64,000 bases of DNA, taken from Trichormus sp. ATA11-4-KO1 (lineage in GTDB: Bacteria > Cyanobacteriota > Cyanobacteriia > Cyanobacteriales > Nostocaceae). Shown here in pieces: positions 29,045 through 41,584 of the stretch. The stretch lies in assembly GCA_019358915.1 (NCBI GenBank), contig JAHHIM010000012.1, forward strand, positions 32,001 through 96,000, read 5' to 3'. Position 1 is the stretch's first letter, and each line of letters opens with the position of its first letter. Position numbers and translations under genes: made by a program. The notes beneath the pieces are model-generated. The model saw only the letters and a program-made list of their open reading frames with translations. It ran no database searches and had not been told where the DNA came from.

Positions 29045-30703
29045 CTACTGCCATACAAACACTTTGGCTTCATATGGACCTAAGTCAGTAATGATGCCAT
29101 CATCACCAGCTTCAACATCGTAATTACCTGTCCATTCATGCCATGTACCACCACAAGGGAAGTTGGGAACGTGGTAGCCAGCTAAAAAGTTTTCTGAAAA
29201 ATTCGCTACAACCACAACACGAGAGCCTTCTTCATTCCAACGGCTATAGGCCAGCACCTTTACCTCTGGATTCTCGTGGATAAAATCGATATTTTCTGTA
29301 TAAAGGGCATGACTAGTTTTACGCAGATTTATTAACCCCTTGTAGTAATCAAATAAGCTACGATTTAGCTCATTACTTAGCAGTGACCATTCGATTTTAG
29401 ATGACTCAGGTTGTTTGGGTTTGTATTCACCAAATTCTTCTCCCATCCAAATTAAGGGTACGCCAACAGAAGTCATGAGAATAGCTGCTCCCAATTTAGC
29501 CCGTTTAAAACCTTCTTCATCAAAAAGATTTCGATTAGCCAGTTCTCGCATAGTACGTTCATGGTCGTGGTTAGTCAGGTAATTTACCACATTCGTAGCT
29601 CCCATGAAGCCTTGACGTTTACCGTCAATCACATCTTTGAGGTTGTCTAAATTAAAAGTATCACCACAAATATGCACCATAATTGTATGGCGGAAACTGT
29701 CGTGCCAACAACCATCCATTGGGCCATCTATATTGGTAATGCTAGTGGTTTCAGGAATGTGTTCGGCAATGTTATAAAAAGGCTTATTACCAGCAGTTTT
29801 TTTCGCTTCTTGAACAATCCAGTGCATGAAATCGTAATTGCCAATTTGCCTGGCTGCATCATAGCGAATACCATCTACATGATATTCTTCAATCCAAAAC
29901 CGGATTGTATCACCGATAAATCTGCGTGCTGGGTAAGTATCTAAATCTTCGTCATAGTGTTCGTAATTAAACTCAGGTCCCCAATTATTATCAGGGTCAC
30001 GGGGAGAATGATGATACCAATAATCGTGGTCAATTTGAGTTAAAGGACTAGATGCTTCTGAGTGATTATAAATCCCATCCATAATGATGCGGATACCTCT
30101 ACAGTGACACTCATCAATCAGCTGCTTTAATTCAGCAGTAGAACCATAACTAGATTCTGTGGCAAAGAAATAGCGGGGATTATAACCCCAACTATAATCA
30201 CCAGGGTATTCTTTGATGGGCATCAACTCAATAGCGTTGATTCCTAATTCACACAAATAATCTAACTTTTCAATGACGTGTTTATACTTTCCTCTAGCAT
30301 ATGGATCATCTTCACCACCAGAAAAATCTCCAACGTGCAATTCATAAATTACTAATTCATGGTCAGCAGGTAAAGGTTTATCATCATGTTTCCAAACATA
30401 AGTGTCAACTATTCTCTCTCCATCTTTTATTCGCAGAATACTGTTATCCTTGCCACTCAATTCATCAATATCAGTAGCATAAGGATCTGTGACATCAACC
30501 CACTGTTCTGGTTCAAAAAACCACGAATTTGACTGAACCCGAAATTTATATTGATAAACGCCATCTTCTAGTTCCACACTTGTGCGAAAATAGCCATCAT
30601 CGCCCTTTTTCATGGGGATTTCTTGCCAATCTGAAAAAGAACCAATTAATGCGGCTCCTTTATTATGAGGCGCAAATAAATTAAATTCGATGGGCTGTGC
30701 CAT
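29045..30703 (-). CDS. GH13 alpha-glucan enzyme with N-terminal CBM48 (branching enzyme/TreZ-like)
   Basis: IYELHVGDF, WGYNP, DGIRYDAA, IAEH, NHD. Confidence 0.85.
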   Translation of the reverse strand: MAQPIEFNLFAPHNKGAALIGSFSDWQEIPMKKGDDGYFRTSVELEDGVYQYKFRVQSNSWFFEPEQWVDVTDPYATDIDELSGKDNSILRIKDGERIVDTYVWKHDDKPLPADHELVIYELHVGDFSGGEDDPYARGKYKHVIEKLDYLCELGINAIELMPIKEYPGDYSWGYNPRYFFATESSYGSTAELKQLIDECHCRGIRIIMDGIYNHSEASSPLTQIDHDYWYHHSPRDPDNNWGPEFNYEHYDEDLDTYPARRFIGDTIRFWIEEYHVDGIRYDAARQIGNYDFMHWIVQEAKKTAGNKPFYNIAEHIPETTSITNIDGPMDGCWHDSFRHTIMVHICGDTFNLDNLKDVIDGKRQGFMGATNVVNYLTNHDHERTMRELANRNLFDEEGFKRAKLGAAILMTSVGVPLIWMGEEFGEYKPKQPESSKIEWSLLSNELNRSLFDYYKGLINLRKTSHALYTENIDFIHENPEVKVLAYSRWNEEGSRVVVVANFSENFLAGYHVPNFPCGGTWHEWTGNYDVEAGDDGIITDLGPYEAKVFVWQ

Positions 30704-30919
30704 AAAATTGTTTGCTATAGAAAATGTAGGTATGAGTATTTTCTATATTATCAATCAATTTGCAAATCAGTCTATAGAGATAATTAGATAAGTACTTCCT
30801 CTATCTGGGGTCAGACTATTCAATATTTCAAAGGATTGTTTCTTAACAGTTAAGTTATAATATTATTTATTTTCAGGTTATCGTCAATTGTCAACCATCA
30901 TAGGGTATAATGAATTTTT

Positions 30920-30962
30920 CAAATATTCGGTGTCAGCGCTAGTATTAGCGACCGAATATTTG
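30920..30962. terminator. Stem-loop downstream of the DUF1823-like gene
   Basis: CAAATATTCGGT ... ACCGAATATTTG inverted repeat. Confidence 0.5.
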
Positions 30963-30971
30963 CTATTAAAA

Positions 30972-31349
30972 TTACTCCAGTTTATTGTGATTATCTTGCC
31001 AATAACTTAATAACCAATTTGCTGCCGTTGCTCTACGAGTCTGTCGAGGTCCAAATTCACCAATTTTATAACCTTTGAAACCCAGTTTTTCTTTGACGAT
31101 TTGTTTGTTTTCTGTAGGAATAGAACGGGTTAACTTGACTGTTGCTGGGCGACTTGCAATAAAATCAGGTGGTTGTGGGTATTCATCTCGCCAATCAGAT
31201 ACAACTTCGCTATTGTGCCATTTTTCAGTTGTAGAGTCATAGCGATAGCCCAAGTAGTACCATACCAATTGGTTGACTGTGGCATCATCAATTTGATCAT
31301 TGAGAATTGCCCAAATAGTTTCTGTATTGAGTGGTGGCAAGTTACACAT
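30972..31349 (-). CDS. DUF1823-like conserved cyanobacterial protein
   Basis: RPATVKLTRSIP...KEKLGFKGY...TRRATAANW. Confidence 0.75.
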   Translation of the reverse strand: MCNLPPLNTETIWAILNDQIDDATVNQLVWYYLGYRYDSTTEKWHNSEVVSDWRDEYPQPPDFIASRPATVKLTRSIPTENKQIVKEKLGFKGYKIGEFGPRQTRRATAANWLLSYWQDNHNKLE

Positions 31350-31617
31350 AAGTAATCAAGAATTTACAATTCACGTGCTAGGAAATCGGTAATCTAATAA
31401 TTAAAGATAGCAACATTCAGAGTGCTGCGGTGTGTAGTTAGTAATAGTAAAAATAATCTATCACTACTTTGGTTGACTTCTCAAGATAGAAATGATTTTA
31501 TCTCTATCTACGCCTACTGAATGAGTTATCCGCCAAAACCAAAAGTGTTTGACTTAAAAAAGCGATTGTGCATCCACAAAGCAGTTAGACTGGAAATCGT
31601 AAATTATAGACCAGTCA

Positions 31618-31914
31618 ATGCAAAATCCTACATCACAGCCCAAGATAGTGCGCGCCCATGTATTCATTTCCGGTCGAGTTCAAGGGGTAGGCTATCGCTA
31701 TGCTACTGTCGATACAGCTAGCCAGTTGGGATTAACTGGTTGGGTGCGGAATCTTCCTGATAATTGTGTGGAGGCAGTTTTTGAAGGAGCACGGGTGATT
31801 GTGGAAGAGATGGTTCGCTGGTGTCACACTGGCCCACCTGCGGCTGTAGTGAAAGATGTTGTAGTTGAGTATGAACAACCGGAAGGCTTGCGGGGATTTG
31901 AGGTAAAGCGGTAA
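31618..31914 (+). CDS. Acylphosphatase
   Basis: SGRVQGVGYR, GWVRN. Confidence 0.93.
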   Translation: MQNPTSQPKIVRAHVFISGRVQGVGYRYATVDTASQLGLTGWVRNLPDNCVEAVFEGARVIVEEMVRWCHTGPPAAVVKDVVVEYEQPEGLRGFEVKR

Positions 31915-31938
31915 GTAATGTAGTATGAAGCGATAATA

Positions 31939-32925
31939 TTAATCAACTACCAAAACCGCAGAGCCTGCAATTTTGCCACTACGCAAGGCATCCAAAGCTT
32001 CATTTGCCTGAGTTAGCAAAAAAGAATTTACTTCAGTCCGAATGGGAACTTGGGGAGCTAAAGCCAGAAACTCATCTCCATCTTGACGAGTCAAATTAGC
32101 CACAGACCGCAAAACTCTTTCTTCCCAAAGAATGTCATAGGGAAATTCGGGAATATCACTCATGTGAATGCCAGCACAAACAACTACGCCACCTTTGGCA
32201 ACTGCACGCAAAGCAGTAGGTACTAACCTGCCTACAGGAGCAAAAATAATTGCTGCATCCAAAGGTTTTGGGGGTAATACATCTGAATCACCGGCCCAAG
32301 TTGCACCCAATTGCCGGGCAAAATTTTGTCCCTCAATATCCCCAGGACGGGTAAAGGCAAAGACCTGACGCCCTTGATAACAAGCTAGTTGAATTAAGAT
32401 ATGGGCAGATGAACCAAAGCCATAAAAACCGAGTTTTTCAGCATCACCAGTCATAGTGTAAGCACGATAGCCTATTAAGCCACCACACAACAAAGGTGCA
32501 GCTTGCAAGTCAGGATAGCTTGGGTCTAGGGGAAAGCAAAAGCGATGGTCGGCGACAGTGTACTCTGCATAGCCACCATCTAGGTTATAACCTGTGAACT
32601 CAGCATAGTCGCACAGATTTTCACGACCAGAGAGACAATAGCGACAGCGATCGCAAGTATGACCTAACCAAGGAACACCAACCCGTTCACCTATCCTAAA
32701 CTGATCAACTCGTTCACCCATCGCCTCCACAGTACCCACAATTTGATGCCCCAGTACCAGAGGTAGTTTTGGATGAGTCAATTCTCCATCGACTATATGC
32801 AAATCTGTGCGGCAGACAGCGCAAGCATGAACACGAATCAGCACTTGCTCAGAATTGGGTTTTGGTACTGGCAATTCGGCTAGGCGTAGAGGTTGACGCG
32901 GTGCCTCCAAAATCATTGCACGCAT
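31939..32925 (-). CDS. Zinc-dependent alcohol dehydrogenase family protein
   Basis: CRTDLH, GHQIVG, CDRCRYC...C structural Zn motif. Confidence 0.93.
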   Translation of the reverse strand: MRAMILEAPRQPLRLAELPVPKPNSEQVLIRVHACAVCRTDLHIVDGELTHPKLPLVLGHQIVGTVEAMGERVDQFRIGERVGVPWLGHTCDRCRYCLSGRENLCDYAEFTGYNLDGGYAEYTVADHRFCFPLDPSYPDLQAAPLLCGGLIGYRAYTMTGDAEKLGFYGFGSSAHILIQLACYQGRQVFAFTRPGDIEGQNFARQLGATWAGDSDVLPPKPLDAAIIFAPVGRLVPTALRAVAKGGVVVCAGIHMSDIPEFPYDILWEERVLRSVANLTRQDGDEFLALAPQVPIRTEVNSFLLTQANEALDALRSGKIAGSAVLVVD

Positions 32926-33453
32926 AAGCAATTCTAAGTTGACAAATATCTCAACAAATAGAGGCAAGCATCCTGTAATCGCTTACTGTATCGAAATTCA
33001 CAGTTATCTATGCCGCCACTTCTATACTAACTAGCCTGAATGCTGAGTATGGTAAAAATTATTCAGGCTAATTTTTTGTAAATTATATTGACTTATTGTA
33101 ACAATATTGTTAAATTTATTTATATAAATTAGCAAATACCTCAAACAAACTACGTATATCAACTACTCGTAAAATTGCCTTGGGCTTAAGCTAAGATTTC
33201 GCTCTTCTGTATCAATGTATCTAAATCGTCATTCTTACTTCTCCTAATCAAAAACCTCGACTTGGTAATCGAGGTTTTTTCTGTAATTGTGATTTTTGCG
33301 AAAAAATTAATTCCTGTGGCAGTTTGTCATAATTTAGTGCTTAAAGTTGGCTTTTCTGGAACTTGTGGCATTCTGGCAAGGCTAAATGACGCAGCGATCG
33401 CTACATTAGAAGATACATACATAAATATATTTATAGGCGACTTACACAAAACT

Positions 33454-35562
33454 ATGAGTACAAATATCACTATTTCTCAAAATCCTTTACTCAAAGGTTC
33501 TGGCTTGCCCCCCTTCCAGGAGATTCAGCCAGAGCAAGTAGTACCAGCCTTTACCGAGCTATTAGCTGAACTTGACCAGAAATTGACCATTTTGGAAGCT
33601 ACAATCCAGCCTACTTGGAGTGGTTTAGTAGAACCACTAGAAAAGCTCGCAGAACGGCTGAACTGGAGTTGGGGTATGGTGAGCCATTTAATGGGTGTGA
33701 AGAATAGCCCAGAATTGCGCGAAGCTTATGAAAGCGTACAACCACAAGTAGTGCAATTCATCAACAAGCTGGGTCAAAGCCAACCCATCTACAATGCCCT
33801 TAAGGAACTCCGTGCTAGTGATAGCTGGAATACCTTAGAGTCAGCCCAACAGCGCATTGTGGATGCTGCCATTAGAGATGCTGAACTGTCTGGAGTTGGT
33901 TTACAAGGAGATGCACGAGAACGTTTCAACGCCATCCAAATGGAGTTGGCAGAAATTTCCACTAAGTTTTCTAACCATGTCTTAGATGCTACTAAAGCCT
34001 TTAGCTTAACCCTGACAACCAAAGCAGAAATTGACGGCTTACCCGATAGCTTACTCAGTCTAGCAGCACAGGCTGCCCGTGCTGCGGGAGCAGAAAACGC
34101 CACCCCAGAAAATGGCCCTTGGCGCATTACTTTAGACTTTCCTAGCTATAGCCCATTCATGCAGCACAGCACCCGCCGTGATTTGCGTGAACAGCTCTAT
34201 AAAGCTTACATAACCCGTGCTTCATCCGGTGAGTTGGATAATCAGCCATTAATTGAGCGGACTTTAGAATTACGGCAAGAACTAGCCCAATTACTAGGCT
34301 TTGAAAATTATGCTGAATTGAGCCTAGCCAGTAAAATGGCTCCCAATGTTAGAGCAGTTGCAGCATTATTAGAAGAACTCCGTAGTGCTAGTTATGACGC
34401 TGCTGTCAAAGACTTGGAAGCACTCAAAACCTTTGCCACTAATAAAGGCGCAGCAGAAGCCGAGGACTTACAACACTGGGATACCAGCTTTTGGGCAGAA
34501 CGCCAACGAGAAGAAAAATTTGCCTTCACCGCCGAAGAATTACGTCCTTACTTTCCCTTACCGCAAGTCTTAGATGGATTATTTGGACTCGTACAGCGAC
34601 TATTTGGTGTAACTGTCACCCCAGCTGATGGTCAAGCTCCAGTTTGGCATGAAGATGTGCGTTATTTCCAGATTGCCGATGAAACTGGTGTTCCTCTAGC
34701 TTACTTCTACTTAGACCCTTACAGCCGTCCAGCCGAAAAGCGCGGTGGTGCTTGGATGGATGTGTGTATTAATCGCAGCAAAATTACTGATAATGGTGTG
34801 ACGGCTATTCGTTTACCAGTGGCATATCTGGTATGTAACCAAACTCCTCCAGTAGATGGTAAGCCGAGTTTGATGACTTTCTATGAAGTAGAAACTTTAT
34901 TTCATGAGTTCGGTCATGGCTTGCATCACATGCTGACCAAAGTAGACTACACCGGGGCAGCAGGTATCAACAACGTAGAATGGGATGCCGTGGAACTACC
35001 CAGTCAGTTTATGGAAAACTGGTGCTATGAGCGACCAACTTTGTTTGGCATGGCGAAGCATTATGAAACTGGTGAACCCCTACCGGAGCATTATTATCAA
35101 AAACTCCTAGCGGCACGCAACTATATGAGTGGTAGTGTCACCTTGCGGCAAATCCACTTTAGCAGTGTTGATTTGGAACTACACTATCGTTATCGCCCTG
35201 GTCATGGTGAAACTGCCGCAGATGTGCGTCATCGCATTGCCAAGACTACCACTGTTTTGCCACCCCTACCAGAAGACGCTTTTTTATGTGCTTTTGGACA
35301 TATTTTTGGTGGTGGTTATGCCGCAGGTTACTACAGTTATAAGTGGGCTGAAGTACTAAGCGCTGATGCTTTTGCTGCTTTTGAAGAAGCTGGTTTAGAT
35401 AACGAAGAAGCAATAAAAGCTACAGGTAGACGCTATCGAGATACAGTACTAGCGCTTGGTGGTAGCAAGCATCCTATGGAGGTGTTTCAATCTTTCCGAG
35501 GTCGTGAACCTAGTACAGTTTCGTTACTCAAGCACACCGGATTATTATCAACTGCGGCTTAA
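33454..35562 (+). CDS. prlC: Oligopeptidase A (M3 family)
   Basis: HEFGHGLHH, WDAVELPSQ, YAAGYYSYKWAE; ATG at 33454 preferred. Confidence 0.93.
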   Translation: MSTNITISQNPLLKGSGLPPFQEIQPEQVVPAFTELLAELDQKLTILEATIQPTWSGLVEPLEKLAERLNWSWGMVSHLMGVKNSPELREAYESVQPQVVQFINKLGQSQPIYNALKELRASDSWNTLESAQQRIVDAAIRDAELSGVGLQGDARERFNAIQMELAEISTKFSNHVLDATKAFSLTLTTKAEIDGLPDSLLSLAAQAARAAGAENATPENGPWRITLDFPSYSPFMQHSTRRDLREQLYKAYITRASSGELDNQPLIERTLELRQELAQLLGFENYAELSLASKMAPNVRAVAALLEELRSASYDAAVKDLEALKTFATNKGAAEAEDLQHWDTSFWAERQREEKFAFTAEELRPYFPLPQVLDGLFGLVQRLFGVTVTPADGQAPVWHEDVRYFQIADETGVPLAYFYLDPYSRPAEKRGGAWMDVCINRSKITDNGVTAIRLPVAYLVCNQTPPVDGKPSLMTFYEVETLFHEFGHGLHHMLTKVDYTGAAGINNVEWDAVELPSQFMENWCYERPTLFGMAKHYETGEPLPEHYYQKLLAARNYMSGSVTLRQIHFSSVDLELHYRYRPGHGETAADVRHRIAKTTTVLPPLPEDAFLCAFGHIFGGGYAAGYYSYKWAEVLSADAFAAFEEAGLDNEEAIKATGRRYRDTVLALGGSKHPMEVFQSFRGREPSTVSLLKHTGLLSTAA

Positions 35563-35659
35563 CAATTTCAGGTTAATCGACCATGCTGTAATGGTAGTGG
35601 ACTGACACAGACGGAATCTAGATTCAAGGTAAATTCTTAGAGCCTTTACACTTACTTTG

Positions 35660-35765
35660 CGTATCGCTAAAGCGTAAAGCCCTGACGGGCATGGCTACGC
35701 TTACCACGAAGTGTGCCGGAGGCATAAGCTCCGCTAACGCGTAGCGTGTCGAAGACAGAAGCCGC
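35660..35765. repeat. Cluster of short dispersed palindromic repeats (SDR-like)
   Basis: GCGTAGCGTGTCGAAGACAGAA resembles GCGTCAGCGTCTCGCAGAGAAG at about 24027-24048; several short hairpins. Confidence 0.45.
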
Positions 35766-35793
35766 TTTGCGTCCATAAATCATCCCATTAATT

Positions 35794-35948
35794 AACGTGA
35801 GTTCGACAAGTTGAAAAAACCCCTCTCCAAACCTCTCCCCTGCAAGGAGAGAGGCTTCAAAATCTTAATTTCTCGTTGAGCTTTAAAGATATTTAAGCCC
35901 CTCTCCGTGTCGGAGAGGGGTTGGGGTGAGGTTCATCGAACTCACGTT
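35794..35948. mobile_element. 155-bp MITE, empty version of the 15980-16309 element
   Basis: AACGTGAGTTCGA ... TCGAACTCACGTT with TAATT on both flanks. Confidence 0.85.
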
Positions 35949-35983
35949 TAATTAGCAATGTCAATTCAGAAAGTAGAAAAGGG

Positions 35984-36015
35984 TTGACTCTCTAGTCGAC
36001 TGGAGGCTTCAGAAT
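35984..36015 (+). promoter_or_regulatory. MerR-family-type promoter/operator
   Basis: -35 TTGACT, 20-bp spacer containing the dyad CTCTAGT-CG-ACTGGAG, -10 CAGAAT. Confidence 0.7.
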
Positions 36016-36046
36016 GAATGAGTAAGAAAAATTCCCGGTGAATATC

Positions 36047-36298
36047 ATGACAAAACGTCAAGTAGAGATTTTCATAGCTGACTGTCCTTTGTGCGATGAG
36101 ACAGTACAAATGGTGCAAGAACTAACTTGTCCTGACTGTGAAGTATCTGTCTATAAACTGCGACAAGAGCAGGAAAAAGCCCAGCAGTATGGAGTGAATG
36201 CAGTGCCTGCGATCGCTATCAATGGCAAACTTGTTTTAACTGGTAAACCAAGTCGAGAGCAACTCCAAGCTGTTGGTGTAGGTCAGCCTCTGAGTTAA
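36047..36298 (+). CDS. Small thioredoxin/glutaredoxin-like protein
   Basis: CPLC and CPDC motifs, YGVNAVPAIAING. Confidence 0.85.
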   Translation: MTKRQVEIFIADCPLCDETVQMVQELTCPDCEVSVYKLRQEQEKAQQYGVNAVPAIAINGKLVLTGKPSREQLQAVGVGQPLS

Positions 36299-36738
36299 AC
36301 AAGAAGGAAGAAGGAGGATCATGCTTCTTCTTTCTTCAAATCTGTTGAAGAAAAGACTTTTGCTATCGTAGTACATTTAACATTAAAGACTGCCATAATT
36401 TAACTCTTTTATCACAAGCCTTTGCAATACTTAACTTTTATCTAAATTAAAAAAAATCAATATAGATTAAAAATAATAACTAACATAATAATTTATGAAG
36501 TTTATTACGCTAAATTGAGAGTATGCTTAATCATTGAAGCCTAGTTCAAAGTTTGGCTACATAAATGCAAAAAACTAAATAATCATTAATTATTTGTCAT
36601 GTGTTTGAGTGCGAATAGCTAATGATTAAAAGTTTGTACCGACTTACTTACTAGGCAATTGAGCCAGGCATTGAAATATTCAACTGAGCCAAGTAATAAG
36701 AGTAAACACCAAAGCAACCTTATCTACAAGAAGTAACA

Positions 36739-37590
36739 ATGATTGAAAAAATTTTGCTAGCGGTTTCTGGCTTGGGGCACGCAGAAGAAATGCTCAAAAC
36801 CTTAAAAGAAGTGCCATCTATCCAGTCTGCAAAAGTGACAGTTTTGCATGTTGTATCTGCCCAAAGTACTGCGGCAGCGATGACAGAAAAATGGGAAGAG
36901 GGGGGCAAAATCCTGGCTAATGCTATTCAGTCTCTGAATTTAGATCCTAGTCAGGTTTCATCAATTTTGCGGCAAGGTGATCCCAAAGATGTGGTTTGTC
37001 AAGTAGCAGATGAAATTGATGCTGACTTAATTATTATGGGTTCACGCGGACTCAAGCGTCTACAATCCATTTTATCTAATTCAGTTAGTCAGTATGTTTT
37101 CCAACTGTCTTCTCGCCCCATGTTGCTAGTAAAAGATGACATTTATGTCAAGAGAATTAAGCGTGTGATGGTGGCGATGGATAACTCTGATTCTGCAAAA
37201 TACTGCTTGAGTTTGGCTTTATTCTTGTTACGAGATATTCCGGGTGGTCAATTAATTTTGACTAATGTGACTACAGATTTGCGTGGTAAAGTATCTGAAG
37301 TTACTGAAATCATCCCCGACAAAAATACAGTTTTGGCAGCAGCAGTTGCGGAAGCACAAAAGTATGGTGTACAAACTCGTTGTGTTACCAGTAGTGGCAA
37401 ACCTGGAGAAGAAATTTGCCGTCTAGCAGAAGAGTTAAACATAGACTTATTATTGCTCGGATCTCCAGATCGTCGCCCATCAGTAGCTAAGAGTTTTGTG
37501 GATATAGACCGACTAATAGGTGCTTCTTTGTCTGATTATGTTCGAGTTAATGCCACTTGTCCAGTGTTGTTGGCGCGAACACTCGCTTAA
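36739..37590 (+). CDS. Tandem universal stress protein
   Basis: Two USP domains (GDPKDVVC...IIMGSRG; GKPGEEIC). Confidence 0.9.
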   Translation: MIEKILLAVSGLGHAEEMLKTLKEVPSIQSAKVTVLHVVSAQSTAAAMTEKWEEGGKILANAIQSLNLDPSQVSSILRQGDPKDVVCQVADEIDADLIIMGSRGLKRLQSILSNSVSQYVFQLSSRPMLLVKDDIYVKRIKRVMVAMDNSDSAKYCLSLALFLLRDIPGGQLILTNVTTDLRGKVSEVTEIIPDKNTVLAAAVAEAQKYGVQTRCVTSSGKPGEEICRLAEELNIDLLLLGSPDRRPSVAKSFVDIDRLIGASLSDYVRVNATCPVLLARTLA

Positions 37591-37622
37591 CATCACACTA
37601 AATTTAGTGATTGATAAACAAA

Positions 37623-37658
37623 AACCCCTGCACCAAAGGTGTTGGGGTTGTTTGTTTT
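37623..37658. terminator. Bidirectional terminator between usp and psbM
   Basis: AACCCC-TGCACC...GGTGTT-GGGGTT hairpin with A and T tracts. Confidence 0.55.
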
Positions 37659-37670
37659 ATACAAAAAGTA

Positions 37671-37787
37671 TCAAGAATCTTTTCCACCTTCGCGGCTAGC
37701 AGTTTGGATGTAAAGAACTATTAAAAACACTGCGGGAACTAGTACGAACAGAATGCTCGCTACGAACCCTAGGTCATTAACTTGCAT
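37671..37787 (-). CDS. psbM: Photosystem II protein M
   Basis: Hand translation [38 protein letters not shown]; below the ORF-track size cutoff. Confidence 0.97.
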   Translation of the reverse strand: MQVNDLGFVASILFVLVPAVFLIVLYIQTASREGGKDS

Positions 37788-37922
37788 AGCAAGAAAGCCT
37801 CTCTTTGATTGTAGTTTCCAGTCAACAATTTTAGAATAGCATTATCAATGCCAGTGTTAGCTCAAATTTTTTACTTTCGATTTTGCCAGAGCTAAGGTCA
37901 GATTCATCCCATATGTGAGAAG

Positions 37923-38219
37923 TTAGGGTTTGGTTATTATACTGACTGGCCCATTTACTAAAGTTTGACAGGCGAGGCGGTAATTGTCGGGCTTTTTCCT
38001 AAATTTTCGTTGTTCTACATCTGTACGAGGGGAAAGATTTTCTATGCCTTCAACTATCTCCACAATGCAAGTACCACATTGACCATTGCCACCGCAATTC
38101 GTCATCTTGCCAAGTAACTTATATATATCAATGCCATTTTGCATGGCTTTGAGCCGAAGATTAGCCCCATCCGCCGCTATGACTTCTTTGTTTTCTTTGA
38201 CAAATTTGATGTTACCCAT
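37923..38219 (-). CDS. 2Fe-2S ferredoxin-like protein
   Basis: [11 protein letters not shown] ... RLACQ. Confidence 0.9.
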   Translation of the reverse strand: MGNIKFVKENKEVIAADGANLRLKAMQNGIDIYKLLGKMTNCGGNGQCGTCIVEIVEGIENLSPRTDVEQRKFRKKPDNYRLACQTLVNGPVSIITKP

Positions 38220-38408
38220 AGCTGATTGATACCTCGTTAACTGTAGCGTAGCTGGAAAAGCTGAGTTTAGATATATTCTGTAAACTATCCTACTTAATTT
38301 ATGGCAATTTATTACAAAATATAAAGAAATATCAAGTTTAAAAATAAGAGATAGCCAAAAAAATAGGACAGGTAAGATACCTGTCCCATCAATCGGTAAT
38401 GAGTTAAC

Positions 38409-38546
38409 TTACCTGAAACCAACAGCTGCTTGCCATACAAAAGCCAGCAACAAGAAGAAGACGGGAATAATTGGGAGAACATCTACCAAGGGGTCGAAAA
38501 TTTGGTAAGCTTCAGGTAATTTTGCTAACAACAATGCTGCTTCCAT
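38409..38546 (-). CDS. psbK: Photosystem II protein K
   Basis: Hand translation [45 protein letters not shown]. Confidence 0.97.
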   Translation of the reverse strand: MEAALLLAKLPEAYQIFDPLVDVLPIIPVFFLLLAFVWQAAVGFR

Positions 38547-38650
38547 GTTCGTTTAAATCCACCTAATCCAACACAGTTTTCATAATTGAGATGTATCTTA
38601 ACATGGTTTAGTCAGTCCTGAATCCTGAGTAAAGTTGAGATTATTAATAC

Positions 38651-39793
<1,143 letters not shown>

Positions 39794-39901
39794 CTAACAT
39801 ATGGACAAATGTAAAAACTGGTAATTGATTTTTAGTGAGATTTAACTACTCATCACTAAACCCTTACCAACTTTTTGAGTATAAGCTCTCTCAGTTGCTA
39901 T

Positions 39902-40354
39902 TTAAAATGAATCAGAACAGTCATCGTCAATTTCCGCATCCCACTTGGCTGAGAAAACTTGCTCCATCATCGCTTCAATGGCACTCATATTCAAGTTTCG
40001 CTCTTTGCGCTCTTGTATGGGAGTCGAGAGGGGAATCAACCGTAAACACATACCTTCTTGCGTCAAATCAAAGTAGGTTTCTTGTTGTGGTGATTGTTTT
40101 AGTTCCAGGTAATCAAAACTATAAACATTTAAGTAAAGCGCACAGTTAGCAACTAAAGTAGACCGTTGCGGATTGACAAACACTTCCATTACATCCCCTT
40201 CACCCTCACTCTGTATTTTGCCTTCTTGGGTGTAGATGTAGTGTACTCGACCTAAATCACACAGCAATCGCCGCATGTCGAGCTTATTCACAATTATTCC
40301 CGTGTTAACAATGCACGGAGCTGGTATCCTGGTGTCGGGTAGATGTTGACTCAT
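39902..40354 (-). CDS. Conserved hypothetical protein
   Basis: Open frame with normal composition; ATG at 40354. Confidence 0.7.
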   Translation of the reverse strand: MSQHLPDTRIPAPCIVNTGIIVNKLDMRRLLCDLGRVHYIYTQEGKIQSEGEGDVMEVFVNPQRSTLVANCALYLNVYSFDYLELKQSPQQETYFDLTQEGMCLRLIPLSTPIQERKERNLNMSAIEAMMEQVFSAKWDAEIDDDCSDSF

Positions 40355-40712
40355 AGGAAAATAGGAGATAAGCAAAGGTGAGGTACAACATAGCTAAATA
40401 GTCAATTTAACAGCTTGTTGGCCCCCTACATTTTAAAAAATATCAACTTTGGAGGGCGATCGTCTAATAAATCCAGAGTAAGTTATTAATTGAAGAATGC
40501 AAAACCCAATTCTCTGATGAAACTTTAGCTTGCTTACTTTGCGGCATTATGTTACAATCAGCACTCTATAAATAATATATTACTGAGACCAGCATAACAA
40601 ACTTTTTTCCATGAGTCTCTAGTCAAAAGTAATCTTATCTAAAGCTTTAAAATCTCCTACGACTGCTTGGGCGGGAATTGTTAACCACATTCCGCCAGCC
40701 ATTTTAAGTATT

Positions 40713-41504
40713 GTGACTAACATGACGAATCAGCCTCAATGGTGGAAGTGGTGGAAACAACTATTATTTAATTTATTAGCTAGTATAATATTTTACAGTG
40801 TAATTCCTTTGCCTGATATAAATGGGCTGGAATTTCGTCAGGTAGCACATTTTGCCCCACTAGTAGGGTTACTGATTGGGGGAATTTTAGGGCTATGTGA
40901 TGCAGGAATGAATTATCTGGGAATGCCAGTACTAACTCGTAGCGCGTTGATAGTGTGCGTTTGGATAGCTTTGACTGGAGGATTGCACTTAGATGGGGCA
41001 ATGGATACTGCTGATGGTTTGGCAGTAGGTGACCCAGAAAGACGACTGGAAGTGATGGCAGATAGTGCTACAGGTGCATTTGGGGCAATGACAGCGATTG
41101 CCCTAATATTACTAAAAACCACAGCTTTAACAGATATCGAACAAAACCGTTGGCTAGTACTGATGGCAGCTTGCGGGTGGGGACGTTGGGGACAACAACT
41201 AGCGATCGCCCGATATCCTTACCTCAAACCTACTGGTAAAGGCGCATTTCACAAAGAAGCTATTCGTTCCTACAAGGATTTATTACCAGGACTGTTGTTA
41301 CTATTGAGTTTAAGTGCCTTACTTTGGCTATTAAATGCTAAGTACTTATTTTTCGCCCTCAGCATGATTTTAGCTGGCAGCGCGATCGCTACACTCACCG
41401 GCGCGTGGTTCCATCACAAATTAGGCGGACACACAGGTGATACCTATGGCGCAGTTGTTGAGTGGACTGAAGCCTTATTTCTCTGTGTTTTGACCATTTT
41501 TTAG
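40713..41504 (+). CDS. cobS: Adenosylcobinamide-GDP ribazoletransferase
   Basis: [28 protein letters not shown]. Confidence 0.93.
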   Translation: MTNMTNQPQWWKWWKQLLFNLLASIIFYSVIPLPDINGLEFRQVAHFAPLVGLLIGGILGLCDAGMNYLGMPVLTRSALIVCVWIALTGGLHLDGAMDTADGLAVGDPERRLEVMADSATGAFGAMTAIALILLKTTALTDIEQNRWLVLMAACGWGRWGQQLAIARYPYLKPTGKGAFHKEAIRSYKDLLPGLLLLLSLSALLWLLNAKYLFFALSMILAGSAIATLTGAWFHHKLGGHTGDTYGAVVEWTEALFLCVLTIF

Positions 41505-41553
41505 AAACTTGGGGAGTAGGGAGTAGAGGAAGATAGATAACCTTTAACTCCAC

Positions 41554-41584
41554 ACTCAGCACTCAGCACTCAGCACTCAGCACT
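41554..41584. repeat. STRR (ACTCAGC)x4
   Basis: Tandem repeat read directly. Confidence 0.9.

Noticed and set aside
33262..33453. 64-aa N-terminal extension on prlC (similar extensions on amt, MocR, RCCR-like and the amidohydrolase)
   Set aside because: Artefact of longest-ORF calling from TTG/GTG; family similarity starts at downstream ATGs
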